IMG/VR virus record: IMGVR_UViG_3300035698_017111 | Location: 1-64,000 of that record | Source of the DNA: a virus | Strand: one strand, 5' to 3' | DNA: 64,000 bases | Shown: piece by piece, positions 39,874 through 49,808 of the stretch | Numbering within the stretch: the stretch's first letter is position 1 | How the letters are laid out: each line of letters opens with the position of its first letter | The notes under the pieces: model-generated | What the model was told of the DNA's origin: nothing | What the model saw: the letters and a program-made list of their open reading frames with translations, nothing else | Database searches by the model: none | Made by a program: the position numbers and the translations under genes

Positions 39874-40341
39874 ATGGAGGGTTTCCTTATGATTATAAAA
39901 AAGTATAAGATAACATCTGAACGGCCAGAAGAAACTGAATTCGAAGTGGTTGTTGTTAGGAACACAACAAGCACAATGAAAAAGACTTCTGTCGTTGATG
40001 AGAATGGTATTGTGATTTCCGCAAGACGAGCACCAGATGTAACAACAGATACAGACGTTAAAGAAGGTATCTCTGCAGTTTCTATTCCAAGCAGAACACC
40101 AGCCATCGTGGAGATACTTGAGAAGGGTGACCAGTTTGGCCCCACAGTAACAGTACAGTCTGAGCCAGAGCCGGATCGAGTTCGGGCAGAACCTAAAAAC
40201 TTAACAAAAGTTATGAATAACGAGCTTGGCCCAGACGGCAGACCAGCTTCTATTGATCTAAATGCTCTCATGCATGAGGATGGAGCAAAACCACAACAAT
40301 TGCCCAATCCTGGGGATATTGTCTGGGCAGACGAGGACTAA
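39874..40341 (+). CDS. Hypothetical protein
   Basis: 155-aa ORF on the coding strand; GGAGG RBS before ATG ~39889. Confidence 0.55.
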   Translation: MEGFLMIIKKYKITSERPEETEFEVVVVRNTTSTMKKTSVVDENGIVISARRAPDVTTDTDVKEGISAVSIPSRTPAIVEILEKGDQFGPTVTVQSEPEPDRVRAEPKNLTKVMNNELGPDGRPASIDLNALMHEDGAKPQQLPNPGDIVWADED

Positions 40342-40342
40342 T

Positions 40343-42355
40343 ATGATCCATCAACTTACAGCTCCAATTGAAGAAATAAAAGAATCTATGATTATTCATG
40401 GTGATTCTTTAGATATGATGAAGATGCTTCCGAGCAATTCTGTGCATTTGGTGTTCACATCACCACCATATGCTGGTTTGCTTAGGAAATATATCGAAGA
40501 TCCAAGAGATTTGGGTCAACTCCCTGTAGATAAGTTTGTAGATACGTTTATGGACTATGTTCATGAAATTACCAGAGTTTTAAGACACGAAGAGGGATGT
40601 GTTTTTATCCTAAACCTTGGTGAGAAATATGAAAATGGATTTGCCAGTTGTTATCCAGAAAAGATAATGCTTCGAACAGAGGCAGAAACCCCTCTTAGAG
40701 TGATTGATAAAGTACCGTGGTGCCTGTCTAATGATACAATGCTGTATGTCCGTTCTAAAAAGGGAGACATGCCAATGTCAATGCGTGATCTCTCTAGGCT
40801 AAAACCAGAAACAATTAAATTGTGGAATGGTGAAAATTGGACAAAGATAAAATCAATTTGGAAAAATAAAAATCCAGAAAAAATACTAAAAATAAAATTT
40901 AGAAATGGAGAAATGGTTTACTGCACAGATAACCATGGATGGCCAATACTAAATTCAACCAAATGTTCTTATAGTATTGTGAAGGCATCCGATTTATCTG
41001 TTGGTAATATTGTGTCCTCATGCAAATTACCAGAACCAAAAAATCCAAACACACCAGAGTTGATACCAGATGACTTGGGTTGGCTGGTTGGTTTGTATTT
41101 AGCGGAAGGCAGCAAAATGAAGGGTAAGAAAGCTATTCGGATTTCTGGACATTGTGACGAAAAAGATAGGCATGAAAAAACCATGCGTCTTGCCAAAAGA
41201 TATGGTGCGACTTGTAATATCTATTATCCAGAAGGAACTAAATCTGCAGAAATTCACATATATTCAAGATTTGTAGAATCATTAATAGATGAATATGTGT
41301 CTGGGAATAGTGCTTTAAACAAAAGACTCACTAATAAGTGTTGGAGTAGGAGCGATGTGTTTTTAAAAAACATCATTAAAGGCTATCTTGTCGGTGATGG
41401 ACATTGGGATTGTCCAAATGAAAGATGGAAACTCGGATTTTGCAGAAACAAGAATATTGCAGACAACATTAGAACAATTTGTTCTAGAATAGGTGCTTCA
41501 TGTAGAATAAGACCAGGTATCGTTTCTTTAAATGGTAAAAAATTCAAAAAATATTCTGGAGAAATACGATTTTCAACAAGAGATAACGACAAAAGTGATT
41601 ATGAAATTGTAGAGATCAAAGAGACGAAAAAAGCAACATCTTTTTGGGACCTTGAAGTTGAAGATGATCCGCATTTGTTCTCTCTTAATTCAGGGGTATT
41701 GACACATAACTGCAAACCGGATCCGATGCCTGGTAAAAAATCAAGACATGGAACTATTGCATGGGAACATGTTATTATCTTTGGAAGTCAATCTGATAAA
41801 ATAAATCAAAACAGAGATTTTATGTTAAGACCATATAAATCATCGACTAAAACAATCTCCACCAAAAAGAATAAAAAAGAAATCAGGAAACAAACTGGAC
41901 ATCCAATGAATGCGGCAAAGTGTTTTAAAAACATTGGTGCCGAGCCTTTTAACTACCTTGATACAGACACATTTCCAGAAGGTCCGATAGAAGATGTTTT
42001 TAATCGTATTGAATGCACTACACAGACCGTTAAGGGAAGTAATCATAAAGCACAAATGCCAGAAAAACTTGCCAGATACTTTGTTGGTGGATATTCACAA
42101 AGACAGCAATTCGTACTTGATCCATTTGGTGGTGGTGGGACAACCGCAGCTGTTGCATGGGGTCTTGACAGACAATTCGTCCACATTGATTTAGTGGCAG
42201 AAAACTGTGTAATTTCAGAAGAAAGAATTAAGAAAATACCACAAAAAAGAGATGTCTTTAATTTTCATGGCTTGTCGAAAGAATTGCCAAAGGAAAGAAT
42301 GGAAGACGTTAGTAGGCGTGTCTTGCAAGACGGAGAGAAACAAGACATCTTCTAG
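40343..42355 (+). CDS. Beta-class DNA methyltransferase containing an intein
   Basis: FTSPPY, KVPW|intein|CKPDPMP, HKAQMP, VLDPFGGGGTT. Confidence 0.88.
   Translation: MIHQLTAPIEEIKESMIIHGDSLDMMKMLPSNSVHLVFTSPPYAGLLRKYIEDPRDLGQLPVDKFVDTFMDYVHEITRVLRHEEGCVFILNLGEKYENGFASCYPEKIMLRTEAETPLRVIDKVPWCLSNDTMLYVRSKKGDMPMSMRDLSRLKPETIKLWNGENWTKIKSIWKNKNPEKILKIKFRNGEMVYCTDNHGWPILNSTKCSYSIVKASDLSVGNIVSSCKLPEPKNPNTPELIPDDLGWLVGLYLAEGSKMKGKKAIRISGHCDEKDRHEKTMRLAKRYGATCNIYYPEGTKSAEIHIYSRFVESLIDEYVSGNSALNKRLTNKCWSRSDVFLKNIIKGYLVGDGHWDCPNERWKLGFCRNKNIADNIRTICSRIGASCRIRPGIVSLNGKKFKKYSGEIRFSTRDNDKSDYEIVEIKETKKATSFWDLEVEDDPHLFSLNSGVLTHNCKPDPMPGKKSRHGTIAWEHVIIFGSQSDKINQNRDFMLRPYKSSTKTISTKKNKKEIRKQTGHPMNAAKCFKNIGAEPFNYLDTDTFPEGPIEDVFNRIECTTQTVKGSNHKAQMPEKLARYFVGGYSQRQQFVLDPFGGGGTTAAVAWGLDRQFVHIDLVAENCVISEERIKKIPQKRDVFNFHGLSKELPKERMEDVSRRVLQDGEKQDIF
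40721..41710 (+). mobile_element. Intein (330 aa) with LAGLIDADG domain
   Basis: CLSNDT..CTDNH..LVGLYLAEG..IKGYLVGDG..FWDLEV..THN followed by Cys+1. Confidence 0.9.
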
Positions 42356-42408
42356 AGAGTATGGTCGCACTCTATGTGTGTGCGTGAATTGAAATTAGGG
42401 GATAAATA

Positions 42409-43071
42409 ATGAAAACTCCAACAAGAATCCTCGTGGACTGGAGTGGCACAATCATCAGAGACTCTTCTATATTTCAGCAAATGGCAGAAGCGTCTGGATC
42501 ACCACATGCCATGTATTGTGGGCCACAATCATGGGATAACGTTAAATCAATAGGCCATTTTAATGCGTTTGATGAAATGACTAGTGGCAATCCATCACAG
42601 TTCTTTCTTTTGGGTGAAGAGTATTCAGACGCAGTAAAAACAATAAACTCTTACTGTGGATCCATGGGTATGGCATCCAAAACAGAAGTTCATGTCGTGT
42701 ATGACAACAAACCATCAATAGGAACCAAGACAGATGTTCTTACTGGTATGTTGGCAAAAGACTTTCAGGAAAGAGGTGGTAAGGCTAATGGTTTTTATGT
42801 AGACCCCAACAAACAGGGATTGGCAAAACGTCTACAAATAAAAATAGCAGTAGAAGATGATCCAAGAATTGCTCTATCTTTGGCTAGTCTTGGAATAAGG
42901 GTAGTTCTTATTTTGCGAAAATGGAATAGACTTTTTAATAAGGAAACTCTCCGGCTTATTGTACCGGAGCAAAAAACGATTCCTCTCATCGAAAACATCG
43001 TCTTGGTTGAAGATTGGATTGAGGCACGAGAGGTAATCGACAAACTCATAGAGGAGGTAGGATCAGAATGA
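42409..43071 (+). CDS. HAD-superfamily nucleotidase-like protein (degenerate motif I)
   Basis: ILVDWSGTI, K..AVEDDP, KWNR, VEDWIE. Confidence 0.55.
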   Translation: MKTPTRILVDWSGTIIRDSSIFQQMAEASGSPHAMYCGPQSWDNVKSIGHFNAFDEMTSGNPSQFFLLGEEYSDAVKTINSYCGSMGMASKTEVHVVYDNKPSIGTKTDVLTGMLAKDFQERGGKANGFYVDPNKQGLAKRLQIKIAVEDDPRIALSLASLGIRVVLILRKWNRLFNKETLRLIVPEQKTIPLIENIVLVEDWIEAREVIDKLIEEVGSE

Positions 43072-43286
43072 AGAAGGGTACTTTTTGGACAGAGGCAAGA
43101 GTTAAGAGATTGACGAATTACATGGAACAGTATAGTAGTCACTCGAACAAGTACAATAGGATTTCTAAACGATTTCGCTCAGCAGTTTCGCCAAACGCCG
43201 TCTACAAGAAGCTTGGTCGAATGGGTCTTCTTAAGGCCAATTGGTGTAAGTCGATTAAAAATACTAGAAAACGTTCACTTCGATAA
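43068..43286 (+). CDS. Small HTH-like protein
   Basis: WTEARVKRL..SPNAVYKKL.RMGL. Confidence 0.5.
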   Translation: MKKGTFWTEARVKRLTNYMEQYSSHSNKYNRISKRFRSAVSPNAVYKKLGRMGLLKANWCKSIKNTRKRSLR

Positions 43287-43304
43287 GGATCGTTTGGGAG
43301 AACT

Positions 43305-43339
43305 ACAAGCTAGTTCGACTAATCATTGGACTAGCTTGT
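43305..43339 (+). terminator. Intergenic stem-loop (possible terminator or processing site)
   Basis: ACAAGCTAGT...ACTAGCTTGT inverted repeat. Confidence 0.45.
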
Positions 43340-43348
43340 TCCTTTACC

Positions 43349-44212
43349 ATGTATAATCATAAACTAATCATCGGTGACTCTCGTAGAATGGACAATCTAG
43401 AAGATCAGTCTGTTCATTTGGTAGTTACGTCTCCACCATATTGGAAAATTAAAGATTATGGCGGGGATAATCAAATTGGCTATGGGTCTAATTACGAGAA
43501 GTATGTAGAAGACCTTAATTGTGTTTGGGATGGTTGTTATAGAGTATTGCACGATGGTTGTAAATTGTGCGTTAACATAGGTGATCAATTCTGCAGAGCC
43601 GTAAATTACGGCCGATACAAAGTAATACCTATTCGCAGTGAGATAATTCGATATTGTGAATATCGTGGTTTTGATTACATGGGTGCTATTATTTGGCAAA
43701 AGGTTACCAACTGCAACACGACAGGTGGTGCTCGTATTATGGGAAGTTATCCATACCCAAGGAATGGTATCGTGAAGATAGATTATGAATTTATTCTTAT
43801 CTTTAAGAAACCTGGAATATGCCAGCCAGCTAGTAAGGAAATAAAGGAAAAATCTAAATTAACAAAAGACGAATGGAATTCTTACTTCTCTGGACACTGG
43901 AATTTCAGTGGCAAGAGAAGAACTGAAGAACACATAGCTCCATTCCCAGTAGAACTACCACGAAGACTAATAAAGATGTTTAGTTTTGTTGGAGAAACCG
44001 TTTTAGACCCATTTTCAGGGAGTGGAACAACAGCAGCTGCAGCTTTGCGGCTTGATAGAGAATCTATTTCGTATGACACTCAAGATAAATATGTTTATGG
44101 ATCTGCAAATCGGTTGTTAAAAGATGTCGGTATCTTTGCTGACAAATACAATGTATCTTTGGAGAAACAATGCCAGGAACAAAGCCCACTAGTGTCATCG
44201 TACCTGTCTTGA
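43349..44212 (+). CDS. Beta-class DNA methyltransferase
   Basis: VTSPPYW, IIWQK, MGSYPYP, HIAPFP, VLDPFSGSGTT. Confidence 0.92.
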   Translation: MYNHKLIIGDSRRMDNLEDQSVHLVVTSPPYWKIKDYGGDNQIGYGSNYEKYVEDLNCVWDGCYRVLHDGCKLCVNIGDQFCRAVNYGRYKVIPIRSEIIRYCEYRGFDYMGAIIWQKVTNCNTTGGARIMGSYPYPRNGIVKIDYEFILIFKKPGICQPASKEIKEKSKLTKDEWNSYFSGHWNFSGKRRTEEHIAPFPVELPRRLIKMFSFVGETVLDPFSGSGTTAAAALRLDRESISYDTQDKYVYGSANRLLKDVGIFADKYNVSLEKQCQEQSPLVSSYLS

Positions 44213-44925
44213 ATGAAATTGAGACAACAAAATTATTTGTCGAAAGTTTCATGAGACATGTGCCATTGCCATATGAACTGATTTTCATAGACAACAACTC
44301 AACAGATGGTACTCCAGAGTATCTGGACTCACTGCAAAGCGGAAACCCGTTTATTCGTGTGGTGACAAACGAAAAAAACATTGGAGTTGCTGCATCTTGG
44401 AATCAGGGAATTGGATTGGCCGAGCATGAGTATATTTGCATATCCAATAATGATGTGGAATTTATGTGGACTAACCCATTTGCTGAGATGCAAAAGGTGT
44501 TGGATAGAAACGAAAAAATTTCATGGACAAGCCCACGGACATGCTACAATAAAAACTTAAAGAAGATGTCTTACAAGCCATATCATTACGAGCAATTAAG
44601 ATACAATGCAAGCAACACAACATATGTTGTGGCTTGTTGTTTTATGTGTCCAAGAACTACGTTTGATGAAATTGGATTGTTTGATGAGGGTTTTGATGTT
44701 AAGTATTATGAAGACTTGGATTACTTGAATAGGATTTTAGAAAGTGGCAAAACGATATCTATGTGTGAATCTGCACTAGTGTATCATGCTGTTGGTAAAA
44801 CAAGTAGAATAACACCTGGTGGCGGTAACAATGAATCGTATTATAATGAGAAATGGCTTGGTACTAACTTTGACATATTGGCTAAACAAGGGCCAAGAAT
44901 TAAAGCTGCAAAACACTTTGAATGA
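44170..44925 (+). CDS. GT2-family glycosyltransferase
   Basis: SVIVPVLN, IDNNSTDGT, NIGVAASWNQG, NNDV, FDEGF..YYEDLD. Confidence 0.9.
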   Translation: MPGTKPTSVIVPVLNEIETTKLFVESFMRHVPLPYELIFIDNNSTDGTPEYLDSLQSGNPFIRVVTNEKNIGVAASWNQGIGLAEHEYICISNNDVEFMWTNPFAEMQKVLDRNEKISWTSPRTCYNKNLKKMSYKPYHYEQLRYNASNTTYVVACCFMCPRTTFDEIGLFDEGFDVKYYEDLDYLNRILESGKTISMCESALVYHAVGKTSRITPGGGNNESYYNEKWLGTNFDILAKQGPRIKAAKHFE

Positions 44926-44946
44926 AATTAAAGGGAGAGTAGATAA

Positions 44947-46257
44947 ATGAGATTTACCGTCAGAAAACACGAATTAGACAAGGCAGTTTCTGTTATTAGG
45001 GGCTCTAATGCTCTTGGTAGGAAAGAAGATGAGATGCTTTGTCTCCTCTCAATTGAAGCAACCAATACGGATGGGAAAAACAAAGTAGAATTGTTAGCTA
45101 CAAACATTGGCGTTTGGGCTAGTGCCTGTGTTACCGATGAGGATTTTTCTGATCTTGGCGAAGAGGCGTCCAAGAACTTTTCTGTTGAAAAGCCTGGTAG
45201 AGTTCTTGTTGATGGACATTCGTTCCTCAATAGAATTGTCACCTATCCGCAAAACTCAATCATTCATTTCACACTCGAAAGCAAGAGCTCTAAAGGTAGT
45301 GAAAAATCTGAGTTCCTTCAAGCCAAATACGAAGTTAAAAACGCACAAAAAACAAAATGGAAGACATGTGGGTTCCTTCTAAAGAATTCCGATATATTTG
45401 AAACAATGCCTCCAGACGAGGAGAGGAAAGAAGCTTCTGTCCCAGCTAGCCATCTTTACGAAGCTGTAAATTCTGTATCGTTTGCTGCTGGCTCTGATGA
45501 AACAGATCATTATCTTTGGGGTTGTCAGGTTCAGGTTTACGGTAATGAGGTTTCTGCATTCTCTTCAGACAGATCTAGATTGTGTTGGTTTGATGAGAAG
45601 GGTAGAGATAGAGAGGGTGAACCAGAACTCGTCTTTGTTCCAGTAAAGGAAAGTTTTTTGTCTGCATTGAAAAATATGGAGATGACAGAACAAATTGACA
45701 TTGAAGCTGGAGAGAGATACACCATCATTAAGCAGAGAAATCAATGGCATGCTGTTCCTAATGTTATGAATCCAGAAGAACTCCCAGACTGGAGAGAAAT
45801 TGCACAGAAGTTAAAGAAGACTGCTGTGTCTACTGTTCGAGTCCCAAAGAAAAGTATTCTTGATTTTATCAAGTCGGCACTCACTGAATCAACAGCTCAA
45901 TTTGGTATTGGCTTGTCGTTTGATTCTGAAAACAAAACAGTATCCTTCTCTATAGATAGGATTGAAGTCGGCAATGTTCTTTATTCGTATATTGATGAAG
46001 GTGAGTCTCTGGACGATGCAGATTTTACTGGAGATATTGATTCAAAAGTTATTCTTACAATTGAAAATGTTAGAGATATTATATCGAGATACTCTGACGA
46101 GATGGTTATATTTAGGGTAACCAATGGAACGTCTCCTGTTGAGATAATGAGTAATGGAGATACTATAGAATACATTAGCAGTACTGTACGTTCGTTGTCT
46201 GAAGAACACCCAAGTGAAGAATCGAAAGAAGAACCGAATGAAGAAACAGAAGAGTAG
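44947..46257 (+). CDS. dnaN: Divergent DNA polymerase III beta sliding clamp
   Basis: MRFTV, L.ATN, VEKPGRVLV, VSFAAG.DE..YL.G, SSDRSRL, PDWREI. Confidence 0.75.
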   Translation: MRFTVRKHELDKAVSVIRGSNALGRKEDEMLCLLSIEATNTDGKNKVELLATNIGVWASACVTDEDFSDLGEEASKNFSVEKPGRVLVDGHSFLNRIVTYPQNSIIHFTLESKSSKGSEKSEFLQAKYEVKNAQKTKWKTCGFLLKNSDIFETMPPDEERKEASVPASHLYEAVNSVSFAAGSDETDHYLWGCQVQVYGNEVSAFSSDRSRLCWFDEKGRDREGEPELVFVPVKESFLSALKNMEMTEQIDIEAGERYTIIKQRNQWHAVPNVMNPEELPDWREIAQKLKKTAVSTVRVPKKSILDFIKSALTESTAQFGIGLSFDSENKTVSFSIDRIEVGNVLYSYIDEGESLDDADFTGDIDSKVILTIENVRDIISRYSDEMVIFRVTNGTSPVEIMSNGDTIEYISSTVRSLSEEHPSEESKEEPNEETEE

Positions 46258-47248
46258 TATAAGCTTCTATTGGTTGATCGGGGATCGTTTTCTTTGTATT
46301 GAGAGAAAAAAAGACATAATAGAAAGTATCTCAGGTAAAAAGAAACATACTGTTAAATATATCAAATCAACCGATTCTGCAGATGATTTCTGCAGTAAAA
46401 TGAGCGTTAGAGATCTTTTTGGGTCTTCGAAAACCATCTATGTGTACGATGGTCAGATACCAGAACCAGCTAAGACAATTGGATTCATACAATGTCTTGA
46501 AAGCGATTCTGTGCTTGTCGTTGTTACGGACAAGGTTGATAAGAGAAGCAAGATATACAAAGACCTCAAGAACCATGTTGAAGAATTTCCAACGGTTATG
46601 AGTGGTCCGTATCCAGATAGGTCTAAGATTAAGGTTGTTGAAAGGATTATAAAAAAAATGGTAAGGTGGGATGGTGATGATGGGGTTTTTGATTTCATCT
46701 TCCAAACATGTGGATATGACGCTGGTAAGACTGTAAATGAAATTAAGAAGATATGTATCTATAATGACGGTTCATGTCCACAAGAGTTCGCAGATATCAT
46801 TGGAATAATGTCAGATAGAGATGATCCAGATATAACTAAATTTGTTATGTCTTTGTCTGATGGTGACTCAGAATCTGCTATTAGTTTGTGTGATAAGATT
46901 ACAAGTTCTGGTAATTTTGAACAGATAAAGATGCCTGTATTTGGTGCAATTCTAGAACAGGCATTCTTCACATTGTATTGTGTTATGGCAGAGAAATCTG
47001 GTGCTGAAAATGCTGATCAAGTTGGAAAGTTTATTTCTGAAACATGGCAAAAAAAGGGTAAAAATGTCAGTGCAGTTTCAATGTCAAGGAGATACTCATA
47101 TTCCAGAGATCAATTAGATGGATTGAGTGTTAAAAGAGCAAGCCAAAGAGTAGAACATATTTACAAGGCTATGAAGAAATGTTTGTTGAATGTGGGAACG
47201 CCTAAACACGTCTTTCACGAACTTGTCCTTTCGTATAAATACATATAA
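46238..47248 (+). CDS. holA: DNA polymerase III delta (HolA)-like clamp-loader subunit
   Basis: FYWLIGD, DLFGS, DKRSKIYK.L, G.D...NEIKKI..Y; follows dnaN. Confidence 0.7.
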   Translation: MKKQKSSISFYWLIGDRFLCIERKKDIIESISGKKKHTVKYIKSTDSADDFCSKMSVRDLFGSSKTIYVYDGQIPEPAKTIGFIQCLESDSVLVVVTDKVDKRSKIYKDLKNHVEEFPTVMSGPYPDRSKIKVVERIIKKMVRWDGDDGVFDFIFQTCGYDAGKTVNEIKKICIYNDGSCPQEFADIIGIMSDRDDPDITKFVMSLSDGDSESAISLCDKITSSGNFEQIKMPVFGAILEQAFFTLYCVMAEKSGAENADQVGKFISETWQKKGKNVSAVSMSRRYSYSRDQLDGLSVKRASQRVEHIYKAMKKCLLNVGTPKHVFHELVLSYKYI

Positions 47249-47253
47249 AATGG

Positions 47254-47279
47254 AGGGATTTCCACGGTAAAATTGGAAT
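47254..47279 (+). promoter_or_regulatory. Putative SigH-like promoter upstream of ruvC
   Basis: AGGGATT-N14-GGAAT. Confidence 0.55.
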
Positions 47280-47306
47280 AATAAGCCAAAACCAAGGAGA
47301 TCCCAC

Positions 47307-47810
47307 ATGTCTATTATTCTGTCCCTAGATCCTGCAAGTTTAAAGAATCTGGGGCTTTGTGTTGCTAAATTTATGAAAAAGGAAATGAGGATAATTGATA
47401 GTTTTACAAACGTTTTTGATGTTGATCTTGAAAACAAAGACAAAAGACTTGTTGAGACGAAGATTCTAATAGAGGCTCTTATTGACAAGCACAAAGTAGA
47501 TACGGTTGTTTTTGAAAGATCAATGGGGTTTGGTAAGGCTTTTGTTCGTAATCAACTCAGCGAACAAACAGGTATTGTTAAACTTGTTGCTTACGAAAAA
47601 GGCGTTCCGGTAGTCGAAATATCTCCCAAGACAGCGAAGAAGAGGATTACTGGTAGCGGAAATGCTACCAAGAGAGAGGTGATTAACGCTGTTTTAGAGA
47701 CATTTAGCATGAATAAAAAAGACCTATCCTCTGAGCATGAGGCAGATGCCATTGCGATGGCCTATACCCACTTTAAGATGGTAAGAGAAGATGAGTGTAA
47801 TAAAAAATGA
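47307..47810 (+). CDS. ruvC: RuvC Holliday junction resolvase
   Basis: ILSLDP, VVFE, KK.ITGSGNATK, HEADAIAMA. Confidence 0.9.
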   Translation: MSIILSLDPASLKNLGLCVAKFMKKEMRIIDSFTNVFDVDLENKDKRLVETKILIEALIDKHKVDTVVFERSMGFGKAFVRNQLSEQTGIVKLVAYEKGVPVVEISPKTAKKRITGSGNATKREVINAVLETFSMNKKDLSSEHEADAIAMAYTHFKMVREDECNKK

Positions 47811-49308
47811 AAAGGCTGTAAGTATAATGGCGATTAAAGCATTAGAAGAATTTTTGCTATTGGCAGAAGTTATATTTATTTGTTTAGACAAGGATGCAAC
47901 TATTACTGCAATCAATGGTCATGGTGTTGACATCTTGGAATGTGATGACGAGTCTGACGTTATTGGTCTTAATTGGATAGAAGATTTTATTCCAGAGTAT
48001 TTCAAAGACAATATAAGAAAACTTTTTTTATCAAATATTAAAAACCCAGATACGGTGTCTGTCTACCATCAGAATCCAATATTGACTAAAAAAGGAAATG
48101 TAAAATGGATTTCCTGGACCAATGCAATTAGAGAAAGTGGTGATGGAGAATATGTTTCTGTAAGTTGTGGTGTTGATATCACCCAATGGAAACATCTTGA
48201 GGTAAGGATAGGTGAGGGTCTTGATAAACAAAGAAAAAGTGAAGAGACATTAAAATCCATTACTGAATCAACACAAGATTTCATTATTCTTAAAGACACA
48301 AGTTCTAGGTATTTGTATGTTAACAAATCTACTACAGATGCTTTTAACATACCTTATGAAGAATGGGTTGGAAGAACTAGGGAAGAAATATTTAGACCTA
48401 ATACAAAAGATAAAGATAAGTCAACACAAAGAACAGTTGAAAGTCTTGAAAAAAAAATAATTGAAACTGGTGAAACTGTTACGCATGAACTCGAAATGCT
48501 TGGAAAACAATTTCATGTTGTTTACTCTCCTGTAAAAAACGAAAATGGTAAAGTTGAGATGATTTCTGTTATATTTAGGGATATTTCTAAATTAAAAGAA
48601 GCAGAAGAAGAGTTAAAGAAACGAAATCAAAACTTAGAAGATTTTACCGATGTTGTTTCGCACGATCTTCAAGAACCATTGAGAAAAATAACCTCATATG
48701 TTGAAAGAATAAAAAAAGAAACTCCAATGAAGGATCGCAGGAAGTCTTCACAGCATATGGGTAAGATAATTGATGCATCTCAAAGAATGCAAAAATTGAT
48801 TGATGATCTTTTAGAATTCTCAAGAATAAACCTTGAAGAAGATTGTAACTTTTTCCAAAAGGTTAACGTAGAGGATGTGATAAACGAAGTGATGTCAGAT
48901 CTTGAAATAAGGATAGAGTCGTCTAAAGCTAAAATATCTGTTGAAAACATGCCAACAATAGAAGCAGATCGAACTCAAATGAGACAGCTTTTCCAAAATC
49001 TAATTAGTAATTCTATTAAGTTTAAAAAGGAAAATGTCGCTCCAATTATTAATATATCTTGTGAGATGGTCAATGACATGGCCATCATTTTTGTAACTGA
49101 CAATGGAATAGGATTTGATGAAAAGTACAAAAATAAAATCTTCTTGCCCTTTAGAAGACTTTATAGACATACGAAGTACCCCGGATCTGGCATCGGATTA
49201 GCCATTTGTAAGAAGATAGTCAATGCACACTGTGGATGTATTGGTGTCAAAAGCAAAATCGGAGAGGGATGTTCTTTTGTCATTAGTCTACCTATGAAGC
49301 AGGATTAA
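47791..49308 (+). CDS. Cytoplasmic PAS-PAS sensor histidine kinase
   Basis: Two PAS/PAC regions; SHDLQEPL, QLFQNLISNSIKF, DNGIG, GSGIGLAI; no TM helix. Confidence 0.93.
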   Translation: MSVIKNEKAVSIMAIKALEEFLLLAEVIFICLDKDATITAINGHGVDILECDDESDVIGLNWIEDFIPEYFKDNIRKLFLSNIKNPDTVSVYHQNPILTKKGNVKWISWTNAIRESGDGEYVSVSCGVDITQWKHLEVRIGEGLDKQRKSEETLKSITESTQDFIILKDTSSRYLYVNKSTTDAFNIPYEEWVGRTREEIFRPNTKDKDKSTQRTVESLEKKIIETGETVTHELEMLGKQFHVVYSPVKNENGKVEMISVIFRDISKLKEAEEELKKRNQNLEDFTDVVSHDLQEPLRKITSYVERIKKETPMKDRRKSSQHMGKIIDASQRMQKLIDDLLEFSRINLEEDCNFFQKVNVEDVINEVMSDLEIRIESSKAKISVENMPTIEADRTQMRQLFQNLISNSIKFKKENVAPIINISCEMVNDMAIIFVTDNGIGFDEKYKNKIFLPFRRLYRHTKYPGSGIGLAICKKIVNAHCGCIGVKSKIGEGCSFVISLPMKQD

Positions 49309-49323
49309 TAAAGGATATGACGC

Positions 49324-49791
49324 ATGGTGAATGAGAATAAATTATCTAGTAAACACTTAATAGTATTACTTGTTGACGATGACGAAGAAGACCGTGGTAT
49401 TGTCCATGATGCTATTTCTGAATTGTTTGATGGTGTTCGAATCATTCAGATGGATGATGGTGAGGATTTAAGTAATTATCTAAATAGCGAAGAAGATTTC
49501 GCAGAGAGACCACCAGTTAATGGATCTCTACTGATAATTCTTGATTTACGGATGCACAGGAAGTCTGGATTTGAGGTTTTGAAGGAAATTAAAGAAAATA
49601 AAAAAACACAATCCATTCCTGTTATTATATATAGTGGCTCTAGCTCACAGAAAGACATAAATACAAGTTATAAACTCGGAGCAAACAGCTACATTACGAA
49701 ATCATACAGTTTAGATGAAGTAAATCAGACATTGGGTAATGCTCTCAATTTTTGGTTATCAACATCTGGGTTGCCAAACGTTTCCATCTGA
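49324..49791 (+). CDS. Single-domain response regulator (Rcp1-like)
   Basis: LLVDDD, ILDLRM..KSG.EVL, IPVII, SYKLGANSYITK. Confidence 0.9.
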   Translation: MVNENKLSSKHLIVLLVDDDEEDRGIVHDAISELFDGVRIIQMDDGEDLSNYLNSEEDFAERPPVNGSLLIILDLRMHRKSGFEVLKEIKENKKTQSIPVIIYSGSSSQKDINTSYKLGANSYITKSYSLDEVNQTLGNALNFWLSTSGLPNVSI

Positions 49792-49808
49792 GCTAAAGGA
49801 GAGGGTCC

